From positions 1,504,001-1,568,000 of the forward strand of contig OY760175.1 of NCBI GenBank assembly GCA_963663165.1: 64,000 nt of DNA, in the 5' to 3' direction. The position numbers were made by a program, and so were the translations under genes. The stretch comes from an uncultured Desulfospira sp. GTDB lineage: Bacteria; Desulfobacterota; Desulfobacteria; Desulfobacterales; Desulfobacteraceae. Shown here in pieces: positions 28,679 to 36,159 of this stretch. How positions within the stretch are numbered: the stretch's first letter is position 1; each line of letters starts with the position of its first letter. The notes under the pieces were generated by a model. The model worked only from the letters and a program-made list of their open reading frames with translations, was not told where the DNA came from and did no database searches.

Positions 28679-30124
28679 ATGAACAGTAAAAACCAAAGTC
28701 CGGTTGATAACTGGGCTTTGTTTCGCTTCTCAGTCGTTGGCGGTTTGCTGGCAAATCCGCCGGCCAAAGGTGAGCTGCGCAAGGAACTGGAAAAGCTTTC
28801 CTATCAGATTTACACCCATCCCATCACGAACGAATCAACGGTATTTCATTTTTCAACTATTGAAAGCTGGTATTACAAGGCAAAAAATGCCCAGGACCCC
28901 ATTATTGCTTTAGGGCGGAAAGTTCGTTCTGACTATGGCGGTTCAATTGTATTCACACCTGAACTGATCCGGATGCTGGGCAGACAATACCGGACTTATC
29001 CGAACTGGAGCTACAAACTGCACGCAGATAATTTCGCAGCAGAACTCCAGGAAAAGGAGGCTTCAGTATCGGTACCATCCTATGCCAGTGTCCGGCGGCG
29101 GATGATCGAAAGGGGGTGGACCAGGAAGCCCTCAGCAAAGAAAAAACAGACAGCGGGTATGAAAATTGCCGCAAAGCGGTTCGAAAGCCATGAAATCCGA
29201 GGATACGAAGCAGAATATGTTCACAGCCTGTGGCATCTGGATTTTCATGAAGGCAGTCTGCGGGTGGTGGATAACAACGGTAACTGGTATACGCCCAAAG
29301 CCTTATGTATTCTTGACGACCATTCCCGCCTGTGCTGCCACATCCAATGGTATTCAGGAGAAACCACCCAGGATTTGATTCATGGATTGACCCAGGCATT
29401 TTTCAAAAGGGGGCTTCCCAGGGCACTGATGACGGACAACGGATCTGCCATGACCTCCCATGAGTTTTGCAACGGTCTTAAAAAAACAGGGATACTTCAT
29501 GAAACGACACTGCCCTACAGCCCTTATCAAAACGGTAAGCAGGAAGCCTTTTGGGGAACCCTTGAAGGCAGATTGATGGCCATGCTGACCCGGGTGGACC
29601 CTCTGACACTGGAATATCTCAATCACAGCAGTCAGGCCTGGGTCGAGATGGAATATAACAAAACCAGGCATAGTGACATCGGCACATCTCCTGTTCAACG
29701 CATGCTTGAAGGCAAAGATGTTTCCCGGCCGGCACCGGATGAAGAGCAACTGAGGTTCGCCTTTACAGTCTGCGAATCCAGAAATCAGCGAAAATCTGAC
29801 GGTACCGTGTCCATCAACGGGGTAAGATTTGAGATCCCTTCCCGGTTTCACCATATCCCTCGGTTACATGTCTGCTTTGCCAATTGGGATAAATCCATGG
29901 CCTGGCTCATGGACCAGAGAACCGGCAAACAGATTGCGCAGATCTACCCCCAGGACAAAATCAAAAATGCTTCAGGAAAACGAAAGATCAAGTCGAGACC
30001 TGAGCATACCATTCTACCGGATGAAACATTGAAAGAATCCGAGCCTGCATTATTAAGAAAACTGATGGCCGAGTATGCCCAAAGCGGCATGCCTCCAGCC
30101 TATCTTCCCAAAGGAGAATCATGA
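28679..30124 (+). CDS. DDE integrase/transposase (rve core, Mu-like C-terminus)
   Basis: LWHLD, ILDDHSR, LMTDNGSA, PYSPYQNGKQE; RKSDGTVSINGVRFEIP. Confidence 0.92.
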   Translation: MNSKNQSPVDNWALFRFSVVGGLLANPPAKGELRKELEKLSYQIYTHPITNESTVFHFSTIESWYYKAKNAQDPIIALGRKVRSDYGGSIVFTPELIRMLGRQYRTYPNWSYKLHADNFAAELQEKEASVSVPSYASVRRRMIERGWTRKPSAKKKQTAGMKIAAKRFESHEIRGYEAEYVHSLWHLDFHEGSLRVVDNNGNWYTPKALCILDDHSRLCCHIQWYSGETTQDLIHGLTQAFFKRGLPRALMTDNGSAMTSHEFCNGLKKTGILHETTLPYSPYQNGKQEAFWGTLEGRLMAMLTRVDPLTLEYLNHSSQAWVEMEYNKTRHSDIGTSPVQRMLEGKDVSRPAPDEEQLRFAFTVCESRNQRKSDGTVSINGVRFEIPSRFHHIPRLHVCFANWDKSMAWLMDQRTGKQIAQIYPQDKIKNASGKRKIKSRPEHTILPDETLKESEPALLRKLMAEYAQSGMPPAYLPKGES

Positions 30125-30948
30125 ACAACAAACAGCTTCTGGCTTATTACGGCCTTAAATGGAACCCTTTTTTTCCTAATATCCCCGTGGAAGCCTTATG
30201 GCATCCGCCATTGATGAACAGTTTTATTTTTCGTCTTGAGAATATGACCCTGAACGGGGGCTTTGCTTTGATCAGCGGGGACCCCGGCCTTGGCAAATCC
30301 AAGGCGTTGCAGATGATTGCCCAAAAGTTCGGTAAACTTGACGAGGTAGTTGTCGGGGTAATGGAACGTCCCCAAAGCAGTGTCGGAGACTTTTACCGGG
30401 AAATGGGAGTTTTGTTTGGTGTCAATTTGAGCCCTGCCAACCGGTACGGCGGGTTCAAGGATCTTCGGGAGCGCTGGAAAAGTCATGTAAAAACCACCTT
30501 GTTCCGGCCCATCCTGCTCATAGATGAGGCCCAGGAGATGCTGACCGGATGCTTAAATGAACTGCGTTTGTTGAACAGCGCGGACTTTGACTCCCAAAAC
30601 CTGTTGACCACCGTGATTTGCGGCGATGACCGGCTCCCGGAACGGTTCAGATCAAGATCCCTGGTATCGCTGGGAAGCCGGATGCAGTTCCGGCTGACGC
30701 TGCTTCCCTATGTCCGGGATGACCTGCTGGATTACATGGATCACAGCCTGAACCAGGCCGGCGCCCCGCACTTAATGACGAAAACTCTGATCAGGACCCT
30801 TGCAGACCATTGCGCCGGCAACCTGCGGGTTCTTAACAATATGGCCGCAGACCTGCTGACTGCGGGGATTGAAAAAGAACTCAATCAATTGGACGAAAAG
30901 CTTTTTATGGAAGTCTATTCCAGACAGCCGCCCAATAAAAAATCATAG
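30121..30948 (+). CDS. ExeA-like AAA ATPase (transposition helper)
   Basis: Walker A GDPGLGKS, Walker B ILLIDEAQ; ATGA coupling to the transposase. Confidence 0.9.
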   Translation: MNNKQLLAYYGLKWNPFFPNIPVEALWHPPLMNSFIFRLENMTLNGGFALISGDPGLGKSKALQMIAQKFGKLDEVVVGVMERPQSSVGDFYREMGVLFGVNLSPANRYGGFKDLRERWKSHVKTTLFRPILLIDEAQEMLTGCLNELRLLNSADFDSQNLLTTVICGDDRLPERFRSRSLVSLGSRMQFRLTLLPYVRDDLLDYMDHSLNQAGAPHLMTKTLIRTLADHCAGNLRVLNNMAADLLTAGIEKELNQLDEKLFMEVYSRQPPNKKS

Positions 30949-30957
30949 GAGAACAAT

Positions 30958-31140
30958 ATGGGTATTTATGATGATCCGGACATGAAACTGGAAGAAATCA
31001 CACAGGAATTGGAACATTTTATCCTGGATATGGTCCTTGCCGGACTTGAAAGCTTGAATATGGAATATCGGGCCTTCAGGCGATTCCAGAAACAAAGGCT
31101 CACGGAAAAGAACCGTCATAAAGAACACGAGCCGTTTTGA
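30958..31140 (+). CDS. Small hypothetical protein in the transposon
   Basis: 60 aa, AGGAG RBS, co-oriented within the element. Confidence 0.65.
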   Translation: MGIYDDPDMKLEEITQELEHFILDMVLAGLESLNMEYRAFRRFQKQRLTEKNRHKEHEPF

Positions 31141-31177
31141 ACGTACGCCCGGACTCCAAAGGTCCGGGCCTGCCTCA

Positions 31178-31966
31178 ATGGAAAAAATACTTTGGAAAAT
31201 CGGCAATTATTTTAAGCACCGCTTCAGCCTGGCAGTTCTTGATGAAATTAAGGGCCGGTGGCCCGTTCTCCCCTCTTGTAAAAACATCCCTTATCTTAAA
31301 GCTGAAAATGCCGGAGGAAGGCACATCCTGATCAGACCTGATCCTGTTATTCAGCCTTATTATTTTCTTGCCGACGATTTAAACATTGACCTGCTTATCC
31401 GGCATCATCAATCCATATCAAACCGCTTTAAACCAGGCAGGATGGTTATAGAAACATCTCCCGGCAATTATCAAATTTGGATTCACAGTGACCGTCCGTT
31501 AAGCCTTCCCGAAAAAAAGTATTGGTTGGAAAACATGCACAGTGATCCCGGCGCCGACCCGAAAAACAGGTGGGGCAGATGCCCCGGGTTCAGGAACAGA
31601 AAAGCAAAACACAGAACGCCTTCAGGACAATACCCTTTGGCAAAGCTATTATGGGTGGACTGGAAATGCCAGGCTATTGTCCCTGAAATAGAATTATCCT
31701 CCCAACCTCAAGAAGTCTTTTCCCATCAACCCCGGGGGGGAGTGTGCCATAACGGTAATATTTCCCGCTCCCTCTATGATAAGGGTGACGAATCTGCCAC
31801 TGATTTTGCATATGCTCTGGCCCTCTATAGAAGAGGTTTCTCACGAATGGAAATTTACAATCGCATTATCAATGAAAGGCAGGATTGGATTAATCATGCG
31901 GGTGAACGAAAAAAAACACAGTATCTGATCAGGACATTACAGAAAGCTGAAAAAATTATCAGTTAA
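31178..31966 (+). CDS. RepB'-like archaeo-eukaryotic-type DNA primase
   Basis: LADDL, VIETSPGNYQIW, DPGA...WGRCPGFRNRK, C-terminal GDESATDFAYA...YLIRTLQKA resembling RSF1010 RepB' motifs (recognised by eye). Confidence 0.8.
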   Translation: MEKILWKIGNYFKHRFSLAVLDEIKGRWPVLPSCKNIPYLKAENAGGRHILIRPDPVIQPYYFLADDLNIDLLIRHHQSISNRFKPGRMVIETSPGNYQIWIHSDRPLSLPEKKYWLENMHSDPGADPKNRWGRCPGFRNRKAKHRTPSGQYPLAKLLWVDWKCQAIVPEIELSSQPQEVFSHQPRGGVCHNGNISRSLYDKGDESATDFAYALALYRRGFSRMEIYNRIINERQDWINHAGERKKTQYLIRTLQKAEKIIS

Positions 31967-32043
31967 AATCGGGCTCTCTTGGCCTCCGGGAAAGCCCTTA
32001 TTTACCATGAAACGTTGTCCATGAATTATCGTGATTGCTCTCA

Positions 32044-32178
32044 CCGGTGAATGGGATCAAGCACTTCTTCCGCCACAAGAGAGCGAATGATTATTTTTAA
32101 CTTTTCGAGATTTTTCCCACGTTCTTTCATTTGCCTGATGTCACGCTCAAACTGCTTTGTATATGCAGGCGTAAGCAT
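32044..32178 (-). pseudogene. yafQ: YafQ toxin, 5' half (split by transposon)
   Basis: MLTPAYTKQFERDIRQMKERGKNLEKLK...LDPIHR, then the transposon end; TGATG coupling with the antitoxin. Confidence 0.9.
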
Positions 32179-32438
32179 CAGATTCCCAATTTTTTGAACA
32201 TGTCATCCGTATCTTTGCAAATGACCAGATCCCGTCCGGCATCCGTCTGCGAAAAAGTTTTGAGCGTTGTTTTATTGGGAATTGCCACATCAAACGGAAG
32301 CCCTTTTTTCAATTCAACCTGTTTATAAAATAAGGTGATCGCTTGAGTTGTGGTTAGCCCAAGCTGCTGAAATATATGCTCGGCTTTACCCTTTAAATCC
32401 GGTTCAATTCGAGCCCTGATGGTGGATGTTTTGCCCAT
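32178..32438 (-). CDS. dinJ: RelB/DinJ-family antitoxin
   Basis: IRARIEPDLK.KAEHIFQQLGLTTTQAITLFY.QV...GLPF. Confidence 0.88.
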   Translation of the reverse strand: MGKTSTIRARIEPDLKGKAEHIFQQLGLTTTQAITLFYKQVELKKGLPFDVAIPNKTTLKTFSQTDAGRDLVICKDTDDMFKKLGI

Positions 32439-32550
32439 GATTTACCTCTCTGTGGATATAATATATTTTGTAGCTCAAATGAGGAACACTGTCAAGCAGT
32501 GAGATTTCATCAGGATTCCAAATAAACGCCTCAGATGACTTCTCAGTAAT

Positions 32551-32856
32551 AAATGGGGGGCCACGCCAATGTATTTAAAATACAAACAGCCTTAATTTTA
32601 GGCCTCATTTCCGCCTTAATCAGCCCTGTTTAGGCTCAAAAAACAGGGATTAAGGATTTACATGAAAGTCTTACTAACAATCTGAAAAGACTTTCATTTT
32701 TCGTTGTGGCCCGATGCTCGGTTGGATAACCCAATCGGGCCATGCCCGTTAGTAAACTCAAAGATACTATAAATTCATCGGCCCCATAGTGGAGCCGGAT
32801 CAAAACCCAAAGGCCGGTCGAAATTTTATTTTCGTCCGGCCTTTGGGTTTCATGAT
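32551..32856 (+). repeat. R5 cassette-array repeat, interrupted by a 90-bp element
   Basis: AAATGGGGGGCCACG... plus terminal hairpin; extra segment at 32659-32751 relative to R4. Confidence 0.88.
32659..32751 (-). repeat. 90-bp two-hairpin element inserted in R5
   Basis: TA-CATGAAAGTC...GCCCGT-TA, homologous to the 18851 units. Confidence 0.8.
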
Positions 32857-32880
32857 CCCCATAGCCTGGTTAAACAGTTT

Positions 32881-33168
32881 TTAAGCTTTTAGGATCTGAA
32901 TAATGTTTCTGGCCCCATGAGGTACTCTTTCAATGCGTATATTGGGACCAGCGGTATAAAAAATCAGGTAGGATTTAAATGGAACCATTCTAATATTGTC
33001 CCCGAAATCGGGGCGCAGGGGATATAAATCCGGCGTATCGGTTAACTGTTGACACACCTCCCTGACCTCTAAAATAAAAGACAAAGCCCGCGAAGGGTTA
33101 TCTTTAGCGATATAGTCACCAATTTCTTCAAGATCAAATTCAGCAAGAGGTGAAAAATAACAGTGCAT
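32881..33168 (-). CDS. parE: RelE/ParE-family toxin
   Basis: FSPLAEFDLEEIGDYIAKDNPSRA...YLIFY...HGARN. Confidence 0.88.
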   Translation of the reverse strand: MHCYFSPLAEFDLEEIGDYIAKDNPSRALSFILEVREVCQQLTDTPDLYPLRPDFGDNIRMVPFKSYLIFYTAGPNIRIERVPHGARNIIQILKA

Positions 33169-33174
33169 TGAATT

Positions 33175-33435
33175 TTATCCCTTTGTTCCCCAATCTCTAT
33201 ATTTGGCTTCCAGGCGATTGAAAACTATGTCCACTGGTGTGCCGTCACCACTGTCTTTTCCGGCTTGAATTTTCGCTTTCAATTGTTGAATCTGAATAGC
33301 GTGAATTTCTTCTTGTTCTTCAAACAAACGCAACGCTTCCCGTATGACTTCGCTGGCACTGGTATATCGCCCGCTTTCCACTTTGCTTTTAATCATATTT
33401 TCAAAATGTGGTCCTATGGCATAACTACTTGGCAT
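33175..33435 (-). CDS. parD: ParD-family antitoxin
   Basis: VESGRYTSASEVIREALRL...IQAGKDSG. Confidence 0.9.
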   Translation of the reverse strand: MPSSYAIGPHFENMIKSKVESGRYTSASEVIREALRLFEEQEEIHAIQIQQLKAKIQAGKDSGDGTPVDIVFNRLEAKYRDWGTKG

Positions 33436-33523
33436 TCCCGCCCCCTTTTATCAGATATTATCACTATTTGATAAATCCTACCATCTTATCGACGAGGTGT
33501 CATCAAAATTTTTAAAATGTTTA

Positions 33524-33660
33524 AAATGGGGTCGGGCCACACTAACGCATTTAAAATACATTAGATAGCCTTAATTTTTGGTCCTATTTCCGCCTTAATC
33601 AGCCCTTTTCAGGCTCAAAAAACAAGGGCTAAGAATATTTTTTTATAACTGGCGAAGGTA
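33524..33660 (+). repeat. R6 cassette-array repeat (truncated, no terminal hairpin)
   Basis: AAATGGGGTCGGGCCACACTAAC...CCGCCTTAATCAGCCC. Confidence 0.88.
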
Positions 33661-33742
33661 AAGGTCTGTAAGAGGCCTGTCCCCCCAGGCAAACGGATAT
33701 CTAAGATGATTGCAGATAACAATCGGCAGGCGTGCGAACGGC

Positions 33743-33789
33743 AAAAAAAAGCGCACCCTAAAGCCATACCGGCTTTGGGGTGCGCTTTT
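33743..33789 (-). terminator. Terminator of the qrc operon
   Basis: AAAAGCGCACCCTAAAGCC-loop-GGCTTTGGGGTGCGCTTTT; T-run on the minus strand. Confidence 0.8.
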
Positions 33790-33832
33790 AAACTTTATGG
33801 CCCTCTCTCTGGTTCAGGAAAGGGTCATGATG

Positions 33833-33991
33833 CTAATGGTGAGAATCGCCCTTATCCGTGACCGTGTCATAGGCGGCCTTAAGGATACAGTAGGTCATGC
33901 CGGCACCGAGGATGCCGATGGCGTACCAGAATCCGCCGAAGAAGACGGCATGGCCGATGTCCCAGGCCCATTCAAAGCAAAATGGAAACAT
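33833..33991 (-). CDS. 52-aa membrane peptide at the end of the qrc operon
   Basis: AAGGAGAG RBS; MFPFCFEWAWDIGHAVFFGGFWYAIGILGAGMTYCILKAAYDTVTDKGDSHH; 15 nt after qrcD and before the terminator. Confidence 0.8.
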   Translation of the reverse strand: MFPFCFEWAWDIGHAVFFGGFWYAIGILGAGMTYCILKAAYDTVTDKGDSHH

Positions 33992-34006
33992 AGGTTCTCT
34001 CCTTTT

Positions 34007-35254
34007 TTATTGTTCAGCCTGGGGCTGGTTCAGTTCGAGTTCCTGGGGAAATACCGGCAGGTAGCGGTAGGCCACGGCGATCAGGATAATCCCGTAAGCC
34101 ACGGGCAGAACCGTTGTGGCGATTTCCTGCCATGAGGGGAAGTACAATGCCCAGGTATCAAAGCTCATGACCGGTACGGCCATGATCTGAAGGACCATTA
34201 CCCACCGGTTAAGGCAGACCCCGATAACGGCAAGGATAATGGCGATCAGCCTGAAAGCGCCGCTTTCACGGGTAGGCCTGAAAATCAGGATAAGCCCGGG
34301 AATTACGCCGCAAAGGATGATCTCGGTAAACAGTATCCAGTATCCGTAAAATCCGTTGTTGCTGTAAAAATGGCCTAAAGTAAAGCCCATGCTTGGGGCG
34401 GTGACATTGGCCCAGTAAATGGTGTCAATGATCTTGGCAATGATATAGGTGGTGATCATCCAGCCTGAAATCTTGGCCAGCAGGTGGATGGTTTTGTCGC
34501 TCACCAGCTTTTTACCGGTGATGGCCTCGGTCATCCTTGTAACCAGCAGGGTGAAACAGGGGCCGAAAGCCGCTGCCGACCAAGTGAACAGGAAAAAGGT
34601 CCAGGGCCAGATGAGCAGCCCTTCCCGGTAGGCAAAAGGACGGCCGAACATAACACCGGCAACCCCGCCCAGGGAACCCTGATGGAAAAAGGACAGGAAC
34701 GCGCCGGTAGCGGCAAAGACCGCCATGACCCCGTGCATGTTGTGGGCCAGGTGGTGGCAGAAGGGCACCTTGTTAAGCTGTCTGTTTTCCAGAATATTGG
34801 GAATAAACTCAATGGTCAGGACCGCAAAGTAGCAGGACAGGCAAAAGGCTACCTCGGTAAGCATTGAGTGGACATTGGCATGCCAGAAGATGAACCAGCC
34901 GCGCAGGGGCTGTCCAATATCAATGGCCAGGATCAGCAGGGCCGAGCTGTAACAGATAAACCCGATGATCACGGCAAAGTTGATGATGTTTTTTAACTCG
35001 TCCACCTTAAAGATGTATTTAAGCAGGCCCGTGAAAAAGGCCCCGCCCCCTACGGCGATGACGGCCAGGTCAGCCCAGATCCAGAGGGCAAACCCGTAAT
35101 AGTCGTTCATGTTGGTCTGGTTCAAGCCCTTGAACCAGCACAGCAGCATGGCGAAAACGCCCCAGAGCAGTACAGCGCCGACAATGACAATCCCAATCAT
35201 AAACTTTGGAAAAGAGCACCGTCTGGCACCTTCGGGTATTAATGCAGAATCCAT
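34007..35254 (-). CDS. qrcD: Quinone reductase complex membrane subunit (NrfD/PsrC family)
   Basis: WIWADLAVIA.GGGAF, DIGQPLR.WF, SMLTEV, HQGSLGG; operon order. Confidence 0.9.
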   Translation of the reverse strand: MDSALIPEGARRCSFPKFMIGIVIVGAVLLWGVFAMLLCWFKGLNQTNMNDYYGFALWIWADLAVIAVGGGAFFTGLLKYIFKVDELKNIINFAVIIGFICYSSALLILAIDIGQPLRGWFIFWHANVHSMLTEVAFCLSCYFAVLTIEFIPNILENRQLNKVPFCHHLAHNMHGVMAVFAATGAFLSFFHQGSLGGVAGVMFGRPFAYREGLLIWPWTFFLFTWSAAAFGPCFTLLVTRMTEAITGKKLVSDKTIHLLAKISGWMITTYIIAKIIDTIYWANVTAPSMGFTLGHFYSNNGFYGYWILFTEIILCGVIPGLILIFRPTRESGAFRLIAIILAVIGVCLNRWVMVLQIMAVPVMSFDTWALYFPSWQEIATTVLPVAYGIILIAVAYRYLPVFPQELELNQPQAEQ

Positions 35255-35278
35255 AGTGTTTGTCTCCTAAGTTTAATG

Positions 35279-36133
35279 TTATCCATGGGATTCGGAACCG
35301 TGATGATTCTTCACCTTGTCCCATTCACCCTTAAGGTAGTTGTCCCCGGCCTTTCTGACCCACTCGCGTTCAGACATGTAATAGACCTTGGGATTGGTCC
35401 CGAGCCGTTCAAGAAGCCGGAACACATTCGGGTTCCTGGATTTTCCCACCACACTGTGGTTCTTTGGATCCGGATGGGGATCTGGTTTGACAATCTGGTG
35501 AACCTGATGGGAGGGATTGTTCAAATCACCGAACACAATGGCCCCTGCCGGGCATGCCGTGGTGCAGGCGGTCTGGTATTCGTTTTCTTCGATTTCCCGG
35601 TCCTCCACATAGGCCTGTTCCTTGGCCAGCTGATACCGGTGGTAGCAGAAGCTGCACTTTTCAACGATGCCCCTCATTCTCGGAGAGACATTGGGGCTTA
35701 AGTAATTTTCCATGCCCTCAGGCCATTTGGGGTCCCACCAGTTAAAATACCGGGCATGGTACGGGCAGGCCCCCATGCAGTACCGGCAGCCAAAGCAACG
35801 GGTGTAAATCTGGCTGACAATTCCCGTGTCATACCCGTAGTCCGTGGCCGTTGCCGGGCATACGGAAACACAGGGGGAGTGGCCGTGGTCCCCTTTGCCG
35901 CCGCAGTGCTGGCAAGGACGGGGAATATAGGCCACCTCAGTGTTGGGAAACGTTTTGCCGTTGGTTATTTTATAAACGCGCATCCAGGTGATGCTGTCCT
36001 TTTTCCTGGACTCATCCTCCTTAAACGGAACGTTATTCTCCGACATGCAGGATACCATGCAGGAGCCGCATCCGGTGCATTTGTCCAGATCAATAACCAT
36101 TCCGAACTTGTGTGCTTTTGTATCGTGTGTCAT
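35279..36133 (-). CDS. qrcC: Quinone reductase complex Fe-S subunit
   Basis: CTGCGSCMVSC, CQHC..CVSVCP, CFGCRYCMGACP, CSFC..CTTACP. Confidence 0.9.
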   Translation of the reverse strand: MTHDTKAHKFGMVIDLDKCTGCGSCMVSCMSENNVPFKEDESRKKDSITWMRVYKITNGKTFPNTEVAYIPRPCQHCGGKGDHGHSPCVSVCPATATDYGYDTGIVSQIYTRCFGCRYCMGACPYHARYFNWWDPKWPEGMENYLSPNVSPRMRGIVEKCSFCYHRYQLAKEQAYVEDREIEENEYQTACTTACPAGAIVFGDLNNPSHQVHQIVKPDPHPDPKNHSVVGKSRNPNVFRLLERLGTNPKVYYMSEREWVRKAGDNYLKGEWDKVKNHHGSESHG

Positions 36134-36159
36134 CAGAACCTCTTAAGATTGTTAGTCAT

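Larger units (their letters stand above)
27838..32043 (+). mobile_element. 4,206-bp Mu/IS21-like DDE transposon carrying a RepB'-type primase
   Basis: Imperfect 26-bp terminal inverted repeats TGAGAATGGTCACAAAAAATCATGGA / TGAGAGCAATCACGATAATTCATGGA (19/26); 5-bp duplication CCGGT at 27833-27837 and 32044-32048; removing it restores an 88-aa yafQ. Confidence 0.93.

Noticed and set aside
23633..33660. CRISPR array or classical integron interpretation of R1-R6
   Set aside because: Repeats are >200 bp with gene-sized, irregular spacers; there are no cas or intI genes; no RYYYAAC...GTTRRRY attC architecture was recognised.
33710..34135. Plus-strand 141-aa ORF and the many other shadow ORFs opposite real genes
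   Set aside because: They are antisense or alternate-frame products of GC-rich coding DNA with no motifs.
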